Shown one piece after another: positions 1-11,292 of a DNA stretch of 64,000 bases. The stretch is from Trichodelitschia bisporula (lineage: Eukaryota): NCBI GenBank assembly GCA_010356995.1, contig ML996687.1, forward strand, positions 373,803 to 437,802. The letters are read 5' to 3'. The translations under genes were made by a program, and so were the position numbers. The notes beneath the pieces are model-generated. The model saw only the letters and a program-made list of their open reading frames with translations, had not been told where the DNA came from and made no database searches. Numbering within the stretch: the first letter of the stretch is position 1; each line of letters opens with the position of its first letter.

Positions 1-1816
1 GGACTGGGATAAGGTGGAGACTTGCAGTAGCGCGATGTGAGGGATGGGTTAGCGGAGAGAGGAGAGTGGGTTGAAGAAGACTAAAGAATAGAAGCGGAGG
101 CAGAAGCAGAGAAGCAGGATAGATCACATGCAAAGAGCATCCTGAGCTACCCCAACGCCATCGAGTTTGCTGACTACGCAGGACGTTGGTTTGCGCAAGA
201 GTACTTCGTAGAAGGTCGGCGTTGGCCGCTGTGCTTGTACCGTAGCGTGAAGCGGGAAGGGGGCGTGCCGATGCAGATATGGGGGGGTAGAGGGGGGAAG
301 GGAGGGGTTGGTGAGGCGGTCAAGCCCTAACAATAGGAGGGGGGCCCCCTACTTTACGGCGTCTTCATCATTGCAGAGGAGGTGGTAAGCTCTAACCATG
401 AAAGGGAGGACCCCTACTCTCACAGCAGAACTGTCAGTCAGCAGGCATCAGGCATCTCAACCACCAGCATCAAGCATCGCGACTACAGGCAATGGGGTAA
501 CAAACGAAGCTCCACCATCTCATTCCATCGCCATGTTACTGTCCATGACAATGATCTCCACCATCCCTCTCCTTCCCTTCATTCTTCCCTAACACAATCG
601 AATAATCGGCTGGCGCAGGCATTCCAGTCCTTCACCTTTACTGGCGCTCTCTCCCCACTCCTTTCACCGTCGCCTTCCATACTACAGTGCTTTGCTCACG
701 ACGTGCTGCGTTCGCGTAAACGTTCACCAGAAACACCCAGGCAACTTCCACACTCCTTTACGTCCGAAGCACAAGATCGAGATCCCAAACCAAAAATGTC
801 TAGCGCCAACCACCTTTGCACGGTAACTCTCGTCTATCTAGAGCATCCTTGAGCCTCCAATCTGGAGCAAGCTCTCGGATCTGTTTCTAGCTATCCGAGC
901 CGGTTGCACTTTTGCAAGCTGGCTGCTACGCAATGGTTTGAGCTTCGACCAACGTCAATCTAGAGCACGGAATGAGAGCAGGATAGGGCTCGTATACTTG
1001 TTTAAGCTCCGTTGAATAACTTCCCTTCGTCCGTCACGCCCACATCCGCTTCCTCTCTTCAAGTGGACGTATGGCCTCGCAAACCCCAAGAGATCCAAGG
1101 ATATCCCACCACTCCCCACCCGTTGGCGCGACTCAGCCTATCCCATTTCTCTATTCGCTTTATCCCTCTTCAAACAAGACTCCAGATCGCTCCCCCAGCC
1201 TAGCCCCCCCTACCTTCCAGCTCTGGCTGCCCTTGGCTCGAGCTAGTCAATCTCCCCATCTCCTAATCTGTCCCCATCGCCGCAAACGTCGAGCCAGCTA
1301 ACCCTTCCGCGCCAGTGATTCCACTGGCGCCGGTAAACCCGCAATATCAGCTTGATCTTCGCGCGGTCTGTCCACCGACGACTGTTTCGAAACTCCCTTC
1401 ATCGCATGGCGGTTCAGGTACCTCAGCCTACTGCTTACTGCTAAATCCAGCCCCGGCCCTGACTGGCTCCAATCCGTGCCTCGGCTCTCACCACTCCATC
1501 TGTCTCGATCCTCAACTCTTGACCAGTCTACCTCCACTGACCGCGCTGCTCATCGCTGTGAATCCGAAACGCCTCCTTCCTCCATCTTACTCACCCTCCA
1601 CCTACCCGCCATCCATGCCCTGGTGGCATTCTCTCCGCAATCATGGCCAATGTTAGCCCGGCTCTGCTCGGCGCCGCAAAACCGTAAGTCACTTTCCCAT
1701 GGTACATGTTCGTATATCCCGCCCAAAGCCCCCTCGGAGAGCTCTCCGGTCCATCGTTTTCAAGCCTTCTCGGCCGTAACCCCGCCCCTGCCCTAGATGA
1801 CCTCTGCTAATACTCA

Positions 1817-3440
1817 ATGTCAACCAGGATAGCCCGTGCTTTCGCCCTTGCCTACCTCTCCGCCACCACTCCGCGCCTCCTGTCAGCGCTGCTTGGTGTT
1901 GCGCGTGGCAAGAGATCCCCAGCGGAAGCACATTCCCTCGTAAGTTGCACGGACAGCCCGCCTCGTGGTCTTTGCCCCCTTCCCCATGGAACGTAATTCC
2001 GAGAACCTGTCCCCTCGTCGTCCACTTATGGCCATTTCCATTGTCATGGCACTGGGTTGGAAGGTTCGGCCCGCCACGTTTCAACTCTACCCGCCGGGTA
2101 GACGCTCTTTGTGCCCTAATTATGACCAAATGTATCACGGCCGTATGTTCCATTGCTGACCTTTCTAGATCGCGAGCGCACTCCGCCAGGCACTGGAATG
2201 GAATCGCTTTCCGGCCTTTTGTGCCTTCCTCATTGGCGGGTCGAGCGCGCTACAGCTTCCGTTTCGCCGCCTGCTTCGTCAATTAAATGGCCGGTCGAAG
2301 AAGTGGCATCTTGACGGCCTCATCGTCAAGCGGCTAGCGCGCTTCCTCGCCGCGCTGCTTGCTGCCGCTGCGGGCTTCGAGGCGCTGAACAGTCGCCCGT
2401 ACTCTGACGCAGCTGCCCGTGTCTATCTCGCCGAGAAGGCTGAGAAGACCAGCACACCGCAGCCAGACAAATCATTGCCAATTCCTACTCACCCCATATC
2501 AGCAGCCCGCATCCCCCCACTCGCGGGTTACACCCTGCCTCTAACCCTTTTTGCATTCACACGCGCTCTGGACACCACCTTGCACCCTCACGTGCCCAAA
2601 TGGACACCCGCCGCTACATTCGCCCTCTCCTCGGCCGCCATCATGCATGCCTTCTTCTACACACCTAACCGTCTTCCACCAGGCTATGCGCGGTGGATAT
2701 CTCTTCTAGCAGATCTAGACCAGCGCCTTATCAAAGTCCTCCGCGAAGCGCGCTATGGAAATTTTGTGTACGGAAAGGATACCGGCATCAAAGACCTGCT
2801 CGGAAGCTTCTGCCGGGAGTTAGGTCTCCCAGAAAAATGGGGTGATCCCGCCGTCACCATCCCAATTCCATGTCTTGTTGTCCACCAGGGAGAGTGTCGG
2901 TCGTGCGAACGCAACGCCATCAAGCGTGCTCTGCGTGCTGCACGCCAGGCACTCTCCCTTTACCTACCGTTGCAGATCATGTTCTTGATTCTGCGGCGAT
3001 TTGGTGGCGCGAAGATTAGGATCGCAGCTCTGCGTCGCCTGCTTGCAAGCAGCGCACGGTCGGCGGCATTCCTAGGCTCATTTGTCGGTCTCTTTTGGTA
3101 TGGAGTATGCCTTGCTCGAACACGGGTTGGACCCAAGTTGCTAGGAAGGTGGATCGGGCCGCAGGCTTGGGATGGGGGACTGTGCATCGCAGCTGGTTGT
3201 TTGGCATGTGGAGGGAGCGTGCTTATTGAAGACGCAGCGCGGCACGTGGAACTGAGCTTGTTTGTGCTTCCCAGGGCGCTGGGCATAGTCCTTGGCCGGT
3301 TCTATGAAAGGAAGTATTTGAACTGGGAGAGGGGCGTGTTTTGTGTCTCTGCAGCAACACTGATAGCCGTGGCGAGAGAGAGACCGGAGAGGGTGAGAGG
3401 GGTTTTTGGGAAGATACTGCAGGGCGTTTTGGAGGGTTGA
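1817..3440 (+). CDS. TMEM135-family (peroxisomal/mitochondrial-type) integral membrane protein, 2 exons
   Basis: ATG 1817 opens MSTRIARAFALAYLSATTPRLL. Intron 1940-2168 (GTAAGT..GCTGAC..TAG) joins in frame to ORF 2475-3440. Motifs WGDPAVTIPIPC..VH.G...SCE, RSAAFLGSFVGLFWYGVC and ELSLFVLPRAL are typical of fungal TMEM135 homologs. Confidence 0.8.
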
Positions 3441-3750
3441 TCTCGAGAATGTTGTGTACGATTATGTATGCAGTTCAATGTAACATTTTATTCAGCCGAT
3501 TTCCCGAGAGATGTGAATGCCTTTGATCTTTGGCAACCTCGTTCACAGACCCGATTCGCTTTAATTGCTCAGTGATTCGGATGCTCTTCCGCCAAAAAAA
3601 AAAGCCTTACTCTACCAAATAACGCTCGCAAGGCTGAGACCATTCACTCAAGCCATTGGAGAAAACGGTCGGCCCGAACCCGAACGTCCGATTCGACACC
3701 ATTGTCGTCCCCATACCGCACTTCCCGCGTCGTCTAAAATGGTCAAAGAC

Positions 3751-3758
3751 AAAAAAAA
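3751..3758 (-). terminator. Pol III oligo-T terminator of tRNA-Ala
   Basis: T8 run on the minus strand about 10 nt downstream of the tRNA 3' end. Confidence 0.75.
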
Positions 3759-3767
3759 GATCAACTC

Positions 3768-3839
3768 TGGACTCGCCGGGAATCGAACCCGGGACCATCC
3801 GCATGCTAAGCGGATATTATACCACTAAACCACAAGCCC
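3768..3839 (-). tRNA. tRNA-Ala (anticodon AGC), intronless
   Basis: Reverse complement GGGCTTGTGGTTTAGTGGTATAATATCCGCTTAGCATGCGGATGGTCCCGGGTTCGATTCCCGGCGAGTCCA forms a cloverleaf: G3:U70 pair, anticodon arm TCCGC-TTAGCAT-GCGGA, B-box GGTTCGATTCC. Confidence 0.97.
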
Positions 3840-5071
3840 GATGGTTGATTGGACGAGTTTCCCATTTTTAAAAAATGATTGGGATGCAACGAGCTCAACA
3901 TTACCTGATGATATCTCGCTCTCAAGCCAGATTTTGCGTATGTCCTATGAAAACGAGGCGCATTTTATGCGGCCTTGAGAGGATGCTAATGATGAAATTC
4001 GGAGGCCGGGATGTGAAAGTCTAGCCGCGCGGTCAACATGATTGACAAAGGAAGCCGAGTGGTGTTCACGGTGTTCCATTTTGGGCATCGGAAAAGCGTT
4101 GGGACGAGCCGGGATCTCAAGATTTGGGGGCCGACTTCACCTGCCAAGATCTAAACACCAAGACCTGTTCACCTCTTGAGCTGGCTAGAATAGGCATCTC
4201 GAAATCCCATACATGTCTCTTGGAGCTCGGACTATGAGGCGCATTTTCTGGGCATCTCTTTGCCGGTTTCTTGCGTTGTATCGGAAGTATCTCCGCGCGA
4301 GCATTATCTTCGCTGATGTCCAAGATCCGCAGTGCTAAAGGTCCGCCATGGCACTAATATGCTACACTCAGCCATCCCTATCGCGGGTGGTTTCTGGGCT
4401 GCGGCCGACGCTTTTGCTACGTTTCTTGTAGCCAAACATATGACATGCCCCGACATATATCCTCAATATCTCAAATCCATCTAAGCCCCTTAGAATCTTA
4501 GGGCTCCTGGTACACCTAATTGAATGATCGCCCCTTGGCATAGCTAGTTGACGAGACTTAGGCGAAGAACATCGATTGCTGCCATGCTCAGGTTAGCAGC
4601 GGGACTCAGAAACAATCTGTCGGCTTAGAATTCGAGTACAATGCAATGTCATCAGAAGTGTGCTGCAATGTCGAGCGGTATCTAATGCAAATTCCGTCGG
4701 ACGAGCCTCAGCCTCAGCCGGCTAATGCACTGTTAGTGTTTCGACATCAACACAACGGTATCCTTGCCCCGACAACGTCTTGGCCGTACCTTTTGCCTGG
4801 AATCCCTTCCAACCATGCCGAAAGATTCGTCCTAAAACTGGAGAGGATACGATTCCACTGGCCACGAGCCTGCGCCTCATGGGCCCTAGCTTCGTTGGCT
4901 GGGCATGGTACCTGATGAAGAAAGGGTACTTACTGTCGCGCATAGTAGTATGGGGTGTCACCACGATGCGCAGGGCAGCGTTTCGCTTCATCTGTCGTTT
5001 TGATTTTGTCGATTTCAGCGATTTCCGCCTTGCATTTCCTTGTTGTTTAGTGCTTGGATTCGTCTACGGGC

Positions 5072-6178
5072 ATGAGTTTCGATTCTAGACGTGCGGGACT
5101 CATAGGGCTATTCACTTCTGTTTTGTCCCCACTCGCATCAGCAATGACCACCACCAAGGCTCCTGAACTGCACCAACTCTACAAACGAGCGGCTGATCCT
5201 AGTTTCCGAGGCTATGAGGTTGGCTCTAATGGAACATGTAAGCTGCAGTCTGGCGCATATCCTTCAAGCAGACCTAACGATGTTCTGTAGATACCGCCCA
5301 GTATTGCGGACCAGGTTGGTCAAAAGTCGTAGCCGACATCTACGAAGTGTGCTGCGACCGACCAGACTGCCAACCATGGACAACCTGCCGCAGCCGAACT
5401 CACTACGACCCCAAAGGCCAATCCTACATCTGGTAGGTCTCACCGGTGCGGCCAAGCATCCAGCCCTGACATTCCCAGCGCGGTATCAGACAAATGTGCA
5501 ACATGGACCTTTATCGACAGTCTCGGGGAAACAGCCGCCGTGCACTACGAGTACAACTGCGGCTCGGACCGTACCGTCGTCCAGACCGTCCCTCCCGGAG
5601 CCACCATCATCAAGATGCGTGTCACGACTACCGTCAACAATGCGGGCAAGATAGATTACAGTACAGCGAGTCCCTTCGTCGTCTCAGCCGCGCAGAAGAC
5701 CCTCACTACGCCCACAGCGACGAAGAAGATTACTGTTACCGCAAGCGCCACAAGCTCAAATGCTACTCTCGCTGCCGGAAGTCCGTCCGCCGCACCCGAG
5801 GCCAAATCATCATTATCAGCATCAGGCGGAATGATCGCGGGCATCGCCGTCGGAGCCGTCGTCGTCGTCGCTCTCGTAGCACTGCTGAGCTGGCTTTTGT
5901 GGCGGCGGAGACAGAAGCGCGCTGGCGCGAGGCCGATGGATTTAGGGCCGGATATGGGTGCTTCCAGGGGCCCGACGGCGGACGGAGGCTTCGTGCCGGT
6001 TGGGCGGCATGAGCAGCACTTCGTGGCGGAGATCGATGGGCAACCGGCCTATGCGGAGATGGAGACGGCGCCGGGACGGGTTAAGCTGGCGTATGAGATG
6101 GGATCGCCGAATGCGCAGACGAAGCCGACGTATGAGATGGATGGGGGAGCACATGTGCCGAATAATGCCAAGAGATGA
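5072..6178 (+). CDS. Type I single-pass membrane protein: signal peptide, Cys-rich ectodomain, Ser/Thr stalk, TM helix, short cytoplasmic tail (Mid2/Wsc-like topology)
   Basis: Introns 5238-5290 and 5433-5478 join MSFDSRRAGLIGLFTSVLSPLASA..., YCGPGW..CCDRPDCQPWTTC..C and CAVSDKCATW..YNCG in frame. TM segment GMIAGIAVGAVVVVALVALLSWLLW is followed by RRRQKR, and the tail carries AEID/AEME/YEM repeats. Confidence 0.75.
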
Positions 6179-6846
6179 TTGTCCGCCAGCGGGAGCTGCG
6201 TACTATTTTGCATCGGAATACAGGTCTCAGGGGGTAAGGATGCCGAGATGGGCGTGTGAATAGACGGTTCCGGTCAACCACAAAGTTTGTGAATGGGGCA
6301 AGGAGACCTCATAGGCGTTGAAGAGGTATCAGAGGCACGATACCAAGTTTTACACAAGACAGCATTCCTCTTCTTTATAATGGATGTCTAACTCCCTTGT
6401 ACCAAGTTTGATCCATATCTACTATGACGGTGTATTCACGGCTTCCTTGGGGTGAGGTGAGGCCTGCTAGTGAGTGCACCTTGGCTAGATCTAAAGCCAT
6501 CTTGGGGAAACAGAACTGACTCTTAAGGGTTATCTATAGGCCGGTAGCCATGTATATTCACGAGGCCTCAACAAGGCGCTATCATTCACCGGTCAAACCG
6601 CCGATACCCCCCCTTCGCCTTCCCCGACGCCTACTTGCCCGCACGTTTCCTCACCACAAACCGAGCAACCCTCCATCGACACCTATTTTCAAGCATTTTT
6701 AACAGCGATATCCCCTAACAAGTCATATTGTGAGCTGTGGTAAGCCTCCGGAATATGCTTAATGTTACTTGTCTAACCCCTCGCCGAGGAAAGTAGCCAG
6801 CACATTAACGATCCGGCATTCAATCGCTCGCATTGAATTGCCCACT

Positions 6847-8320
6847 ATGGCAGAGCCGATTGATCAGTACGGGCTACAGTGGGTCGAAGGCCGCCACGGC
6901 TTCAGCACCGAGCCCAAGTGGACGCGCTATCCCCACCCCGGCATCCTCGAAGCCATCGTGCGCGAAGTCCTCCAGCTTGACCTATCGCCGTCTTGCCGCA
7001 TCCATCTCGAAGGCTCTGGATCCTATAACCGGATGTATGGCGTACAGACAGACAAGGCGTACTACGTCTTCCGAGTGACTCTCCCGGTTGATCCATACTT
7101 CAAGACTGCGAGCGAGGTGGCCACGCTGAAGTGGCTCCACCAGAATACCGATATCCCAGTGCCGAAGGTGCTCGCTCACGAAGCTTCGAGTCATAATGAG
7201 CTCGGGTTTGAATGGATGCTGCTGGAGTATAAGCCCGGGACACCGCTTCGTAAGAAGTGGCGGGATTTTTCCATGGAAGTCAAAACCAATATCATAAAGC
7301 AACTGGCGGCCTACCAAGCCCAGCTCTATGGGAAGAAATTTGCGGCTGTCGGCAATCTGTACATGCGCAGTGAGTTCATATCGTAAATACAGCGTGACCT
7401 ACTGACTCCACTCAGGGGATGACACATCGATCGCCCCGGATGCGCGCATGTCGGTGCAGACCTTCACTGGCACCAGCTCATCCACAAATGATTCTAGCAA
7501 GCCCCCAGCTTCTGTGCTTCAGAAGATCGTCAAGAAGCTCGGGCACTCTCAATATTCTCCACCGGTTTTCGAAATGGGACCGATCGTGAGCTCAATCTTC
7601 TTCCACGACGAAAACGTCAACCTCGGCATTCCTCGTGGTCCGTTCAAGTCCAGCGAGGAGTGGATATCCAACCATCTCGCCGCTCTCCTGGCCTCGCAAG
7701 AGATCATCGCCGAGAAAGCCGCCTTTGTTCAGGAAGTCGAACAGGCGCACAAGGTGAAGGCAGTCGCGCAGCAAGCCTTTGCCTTGGTCAGTGATATCTT
7801 CAAGACAAAGAAGCCGGAGGAGACTTCACTCGTCCACAGAGATCTGACGCTTGACAATATCTTGGTGACCGACCAGGGGGATATTTCTGCCATCATCGAC
7901 TGGGAGGCTGTGCCATGCTTGCCCGCCTGGCGCGCCGCGTCGATGCCATCACTTCTCAGAGGACCCGTGCGCAAGGAAAAGCCGAATGCCCGTAACTTCA
8001 AGAACTTCAATGACGCCAAAACCCTGGATGATCCGACTCTCCCGGAAGTCCTCTACTCCTCGAGAAACACTTATTGGGCACAGGTGTTCGAACACGAGAA
8101 GACTCTACTGCGGGACGTGTACGAGCAGGAGATGAGCAAGCTGCAGCCGTCATGGGCGAAGGAGAGGAAGGCCGGCATTATAAAGATGAGCTTCTTCTCG
8201 GGGTTGGACAATGCGCACATTCCTCGCGGCTGTGAAATCTTCCGGGAGTGGTTGACTTGTTACAAGGTGATCGGCGACAAGATTTGGAACATCGATGAGC
8301 GGATTTACGGGGGACTCTAG
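6847..8320 (+). CDS. Aminoglycoside phosphotransferase (APH)/kinase-like family protein
   Basis: Motifs GSYNRMY, FRVTLPVDPYFKTASEVATL, IPVPKV, GFEWMLLEYKPG, Brenner motif HRDLTLDNILV and IIDWE. Intron 7370-7415 joins the two ORFs in frame. Start codon uncertain. Confidence 0.85.
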
Positions 8321-10268
8321 TGGAAAGGTGGACAGTGTCGCGCACAGAAAAGATGATAGAGCGATACCCGTAGAATTGAGTTTAATATGATTTGACACTT
8401 CCATGCACAAGGACAACTTTGTCGCTTCTCTGTCCACGGTAGTAGCTTCAATATCACGTGTTACCCCAAAGCGCTCCAGCAGGGTTACTTGCAGCTTAGC
8501 TCTTTCCCTGCCAAGAGGCTGAAGATCTGGATGCGGTTCCGGGGGTGTGGGTGGCAGTGGGTGGCTTCATCTCATCTTATCGATTTACTAGAATTCCTGC
8601 ATCGACGTTCGTCTTCTGCAGTACTGGTACATACATTCTCAAGATTTGCATGTACGCAAGTGCTCTACGTGCACATATTGAAGGGTGACATGCGGCTCTC
8701 GAAGCGCATTCCCGTCGCGTTTCGCTCACCTTTCACTTGGTGTTTGGGAATTGCTAGCTCGTGCGGTGGTTTATACTGTGTAGGCGGGATCAAGGATGGG
8801 ATCGGACGGGATACCCTGCCATCTTTTCCTTCACGAAGTGCCGGAAGTAAACAGTCGACAAGACCTTTTCCCTGCTCTGAGCTGCTCTCTGATCTGCCTG
8901 ATGCCAGTGTCTGCTTGTCACCATCCTTTTCCATGTGTGTAATATGGCGCGCGTGCACCTTGTGGCTCCCGAAAAGTCGCCCTCTGTCCCTAATTCTAGT
9001 TGTCAGCGGTGTGGTGGACGGGGATGGCCGAGCGTCTTCAGCATTGAATCCATCGAGCGGCGCGCAAAACATGCCTCCTTTCTGGCCATGCCTTTTGTAT
9101 ACTCTGCAGTGATGGATCAAGAAATGCAGACATGAGCTTCGAGCTTCCTAAATGCTAGTGGGATATGCCCATCCAACCCACCCCACCCCGACCCCTCCCC
9201 AAGTCAGGCCCTCAAGAAGCAGCTGGAACTAGAGCTTCTAGGTCCCCTGCTCCTGCTTCTGCACGGCCATAGTGGTGTGCAGTAGCTCAACAGACCCATG
9301 GGAACCCCGCAAGATACTCAGGGCTGTCCTTCAAGGTGTGGGACAGAATAAATTGTGGGATTGTGTGCAAGTATGCAAACATCACTACAACTAGCTGTTT
9401 CGCCCTCGGCTTGAGGCAAGTAAAAGCTGCGAGCGATAAGAGCAGCTGCGAGGCTCAAGAGAGTTGAAAGAGAAAAACAGAGGCCGCTGTTGGTCTTGAT
9501 GTCGGTCATGCCAAGGGAGGAGGCGGCAGGCGTTTGGCGCTGCTTGGGCGGGCGGCGGGTGGGCGTAGGCTTAAGAGGCCGTGGAGGCGTGGAATAGGCG
9601 CGGGCGGAGGTGTGGTGGGCGTGAGGATGTAGATGTTTGGGTGCCGTGAGAGTAAGGGACCAAATAATGAGGCTATGTAAAGTCTCGAAAGGCAGTTCAT
9701 ATTAGTAACACTCGTCGAAACTGAGCGAGGAGAGATAAGTATGATGAAGAGTGACGAAGAGGTGATGGGGTGATATAACGAGGGCTACGCAAACGCACTG
9801 CAAACTACGGTTGTTCGAGTTTTTCTACCAAAGTACGGATTACGGATGTACAAGTACCAAGTACCAACCTATCAATTCGCTCTGGACACTTTTAGTTCTC
9901 CCTCCTCCCCCAAAGTGCAGGTATCCGCAGGTGATGAATGTCTTTGATTTTTGCACACTTTGTCACTGACTTCACTGACCTCACTGAATGACTGACTGAC
10001 TTTCTCCTGTGTCTCCGTGTGCATCACCATCAACCTATTCTTCAAGCCAACAGAACAGATAACAGTGCTTACTACAGTATTTGCCTATCTTCCCCCAGAG
10101 CCTTACCTCTTCGTCCTCTTTTTTCTCCCCACCTTCCCTCTCTCCTCTCCTCCCTCCTCTCCTCCTCTTCCTCCTCATCCCTCATCCTTGGTCCCTAACC
10201 CTCCTGACGCCCACTCTTCCTTCAATACAATACCATCACATCACCCATCACCCATCACCCCTCTCTCC

Positions 10269-10289
10269 CTCTCTCTCTCTCTCTCTCTC
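10269..10289. repeat. (CT)n microsatellite in the long pyrimidine-rich leader upstream of the Med15-like gene
   Basis: About 10 CT units read directly. Confidence 0.85.
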
Positions 10290-11292
10290 ACTTACTCTCC
10301 CTCGCTCGCTTTTCGCTCTCCTCCAACGAAAGACAAGCAGCAAGGGTTCATAAGGCACCTGCGGCGCTGCCCCCTCCTTCTTGTGCGGCCAATCAACAAT
10401 TCATGGCCGCGCCTCATCTGCTTGTTGGCTTTTAAACGCCTTTCCATACCCCCCCCCCTCCAAAGACCCAAGGCAAAAAGTGGTAGAAAGTGGCAGGGCC
10501 ACGTCCGCCCGCACTGGCTACTCCCTGCACCGACCGCCCTCTCTCAACTCATCACGCTCCACTCTCACTACTCTGCTTGCCCCGATCAACACCTCCCTTC
10601 TCACACTCTCTCAGGCTTCTCCAGTCTCCACCCATACATCACCTTCTCCAAACCCGCCCCCATCAAACTCCCTCACACCCTCTTTCCCTCCACCCTCTCT
10701 TTCTCTCCCTCTCTCTCTTCATCCTCCCCACTCCACTCTTCCGACACCCATTCTTCCATCACTATCTCACTCTCCACTCTGCGACACTTTTCATCTCACA
10801 CCAAACATTCGAGTCTGCTCACCTGCTCGCCTCCGCGGCTCCGCATCTCCTTCCCACGCGTCTCCTCCTGCGCGACACTCCGAAAAAGTCCGTAGCCCAG
10901 AATCCGAAAGGCTCCGTGAATGCTGCCAGGACGTCTTGAGACGCGCCCTGCTCAACCCTTCGACTCTGAGGGAAGAGCCCTCGTCTACACATCCCACTTA
11001 GTCGCTCTCAGTCCGACCACCCGCACGCCGGCGAGCTCCCTCCTCGAGGTGTCCCGTTTTCCACCGACCGCTGCACGGCACAGCGCGGTACGTCTCAACT
11101 TCCCATCTGGCAGCGTGTTTGACCACCGCCAAGCCCTAGCGCATACCCTTGACTGACTCCAATTCACTCATAGTCACGCATAAAGCTGCATACGCAGTGC
11201 CCTCGCCCCCGCTTCGCCTTTTACGAGGCTATTGCGGCAGCCTGGGAGCCTCAGACGGCGTCTCCGCACTGAGTAGCTTTCCGCGAAACGCC

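Noticed and set aside
1..1800. Several short ORFs at the window start
   Set aside because: Composition fits UTR or promoter DNA; no supported product.
8489..9700. ORFs on both strands between the APH gene and the MED15 promoter
   Set aside because: No recognisable motifs, and I could not build a consistent spliced model.
10193..10202. CCCTAACCCT resembling a telomerase RNA template or telomeric seed
   Set aside because: A single 10-mer in C/T-rich DNA is expected by chance; no supporting structure seen.
10017..11001. Long overlapping S/P/L-rich ORFs upstream of MED15
   Set aside because: Pyrimidine-rich leader DNA lacks stops by composition; non-ATG starts and no domain.
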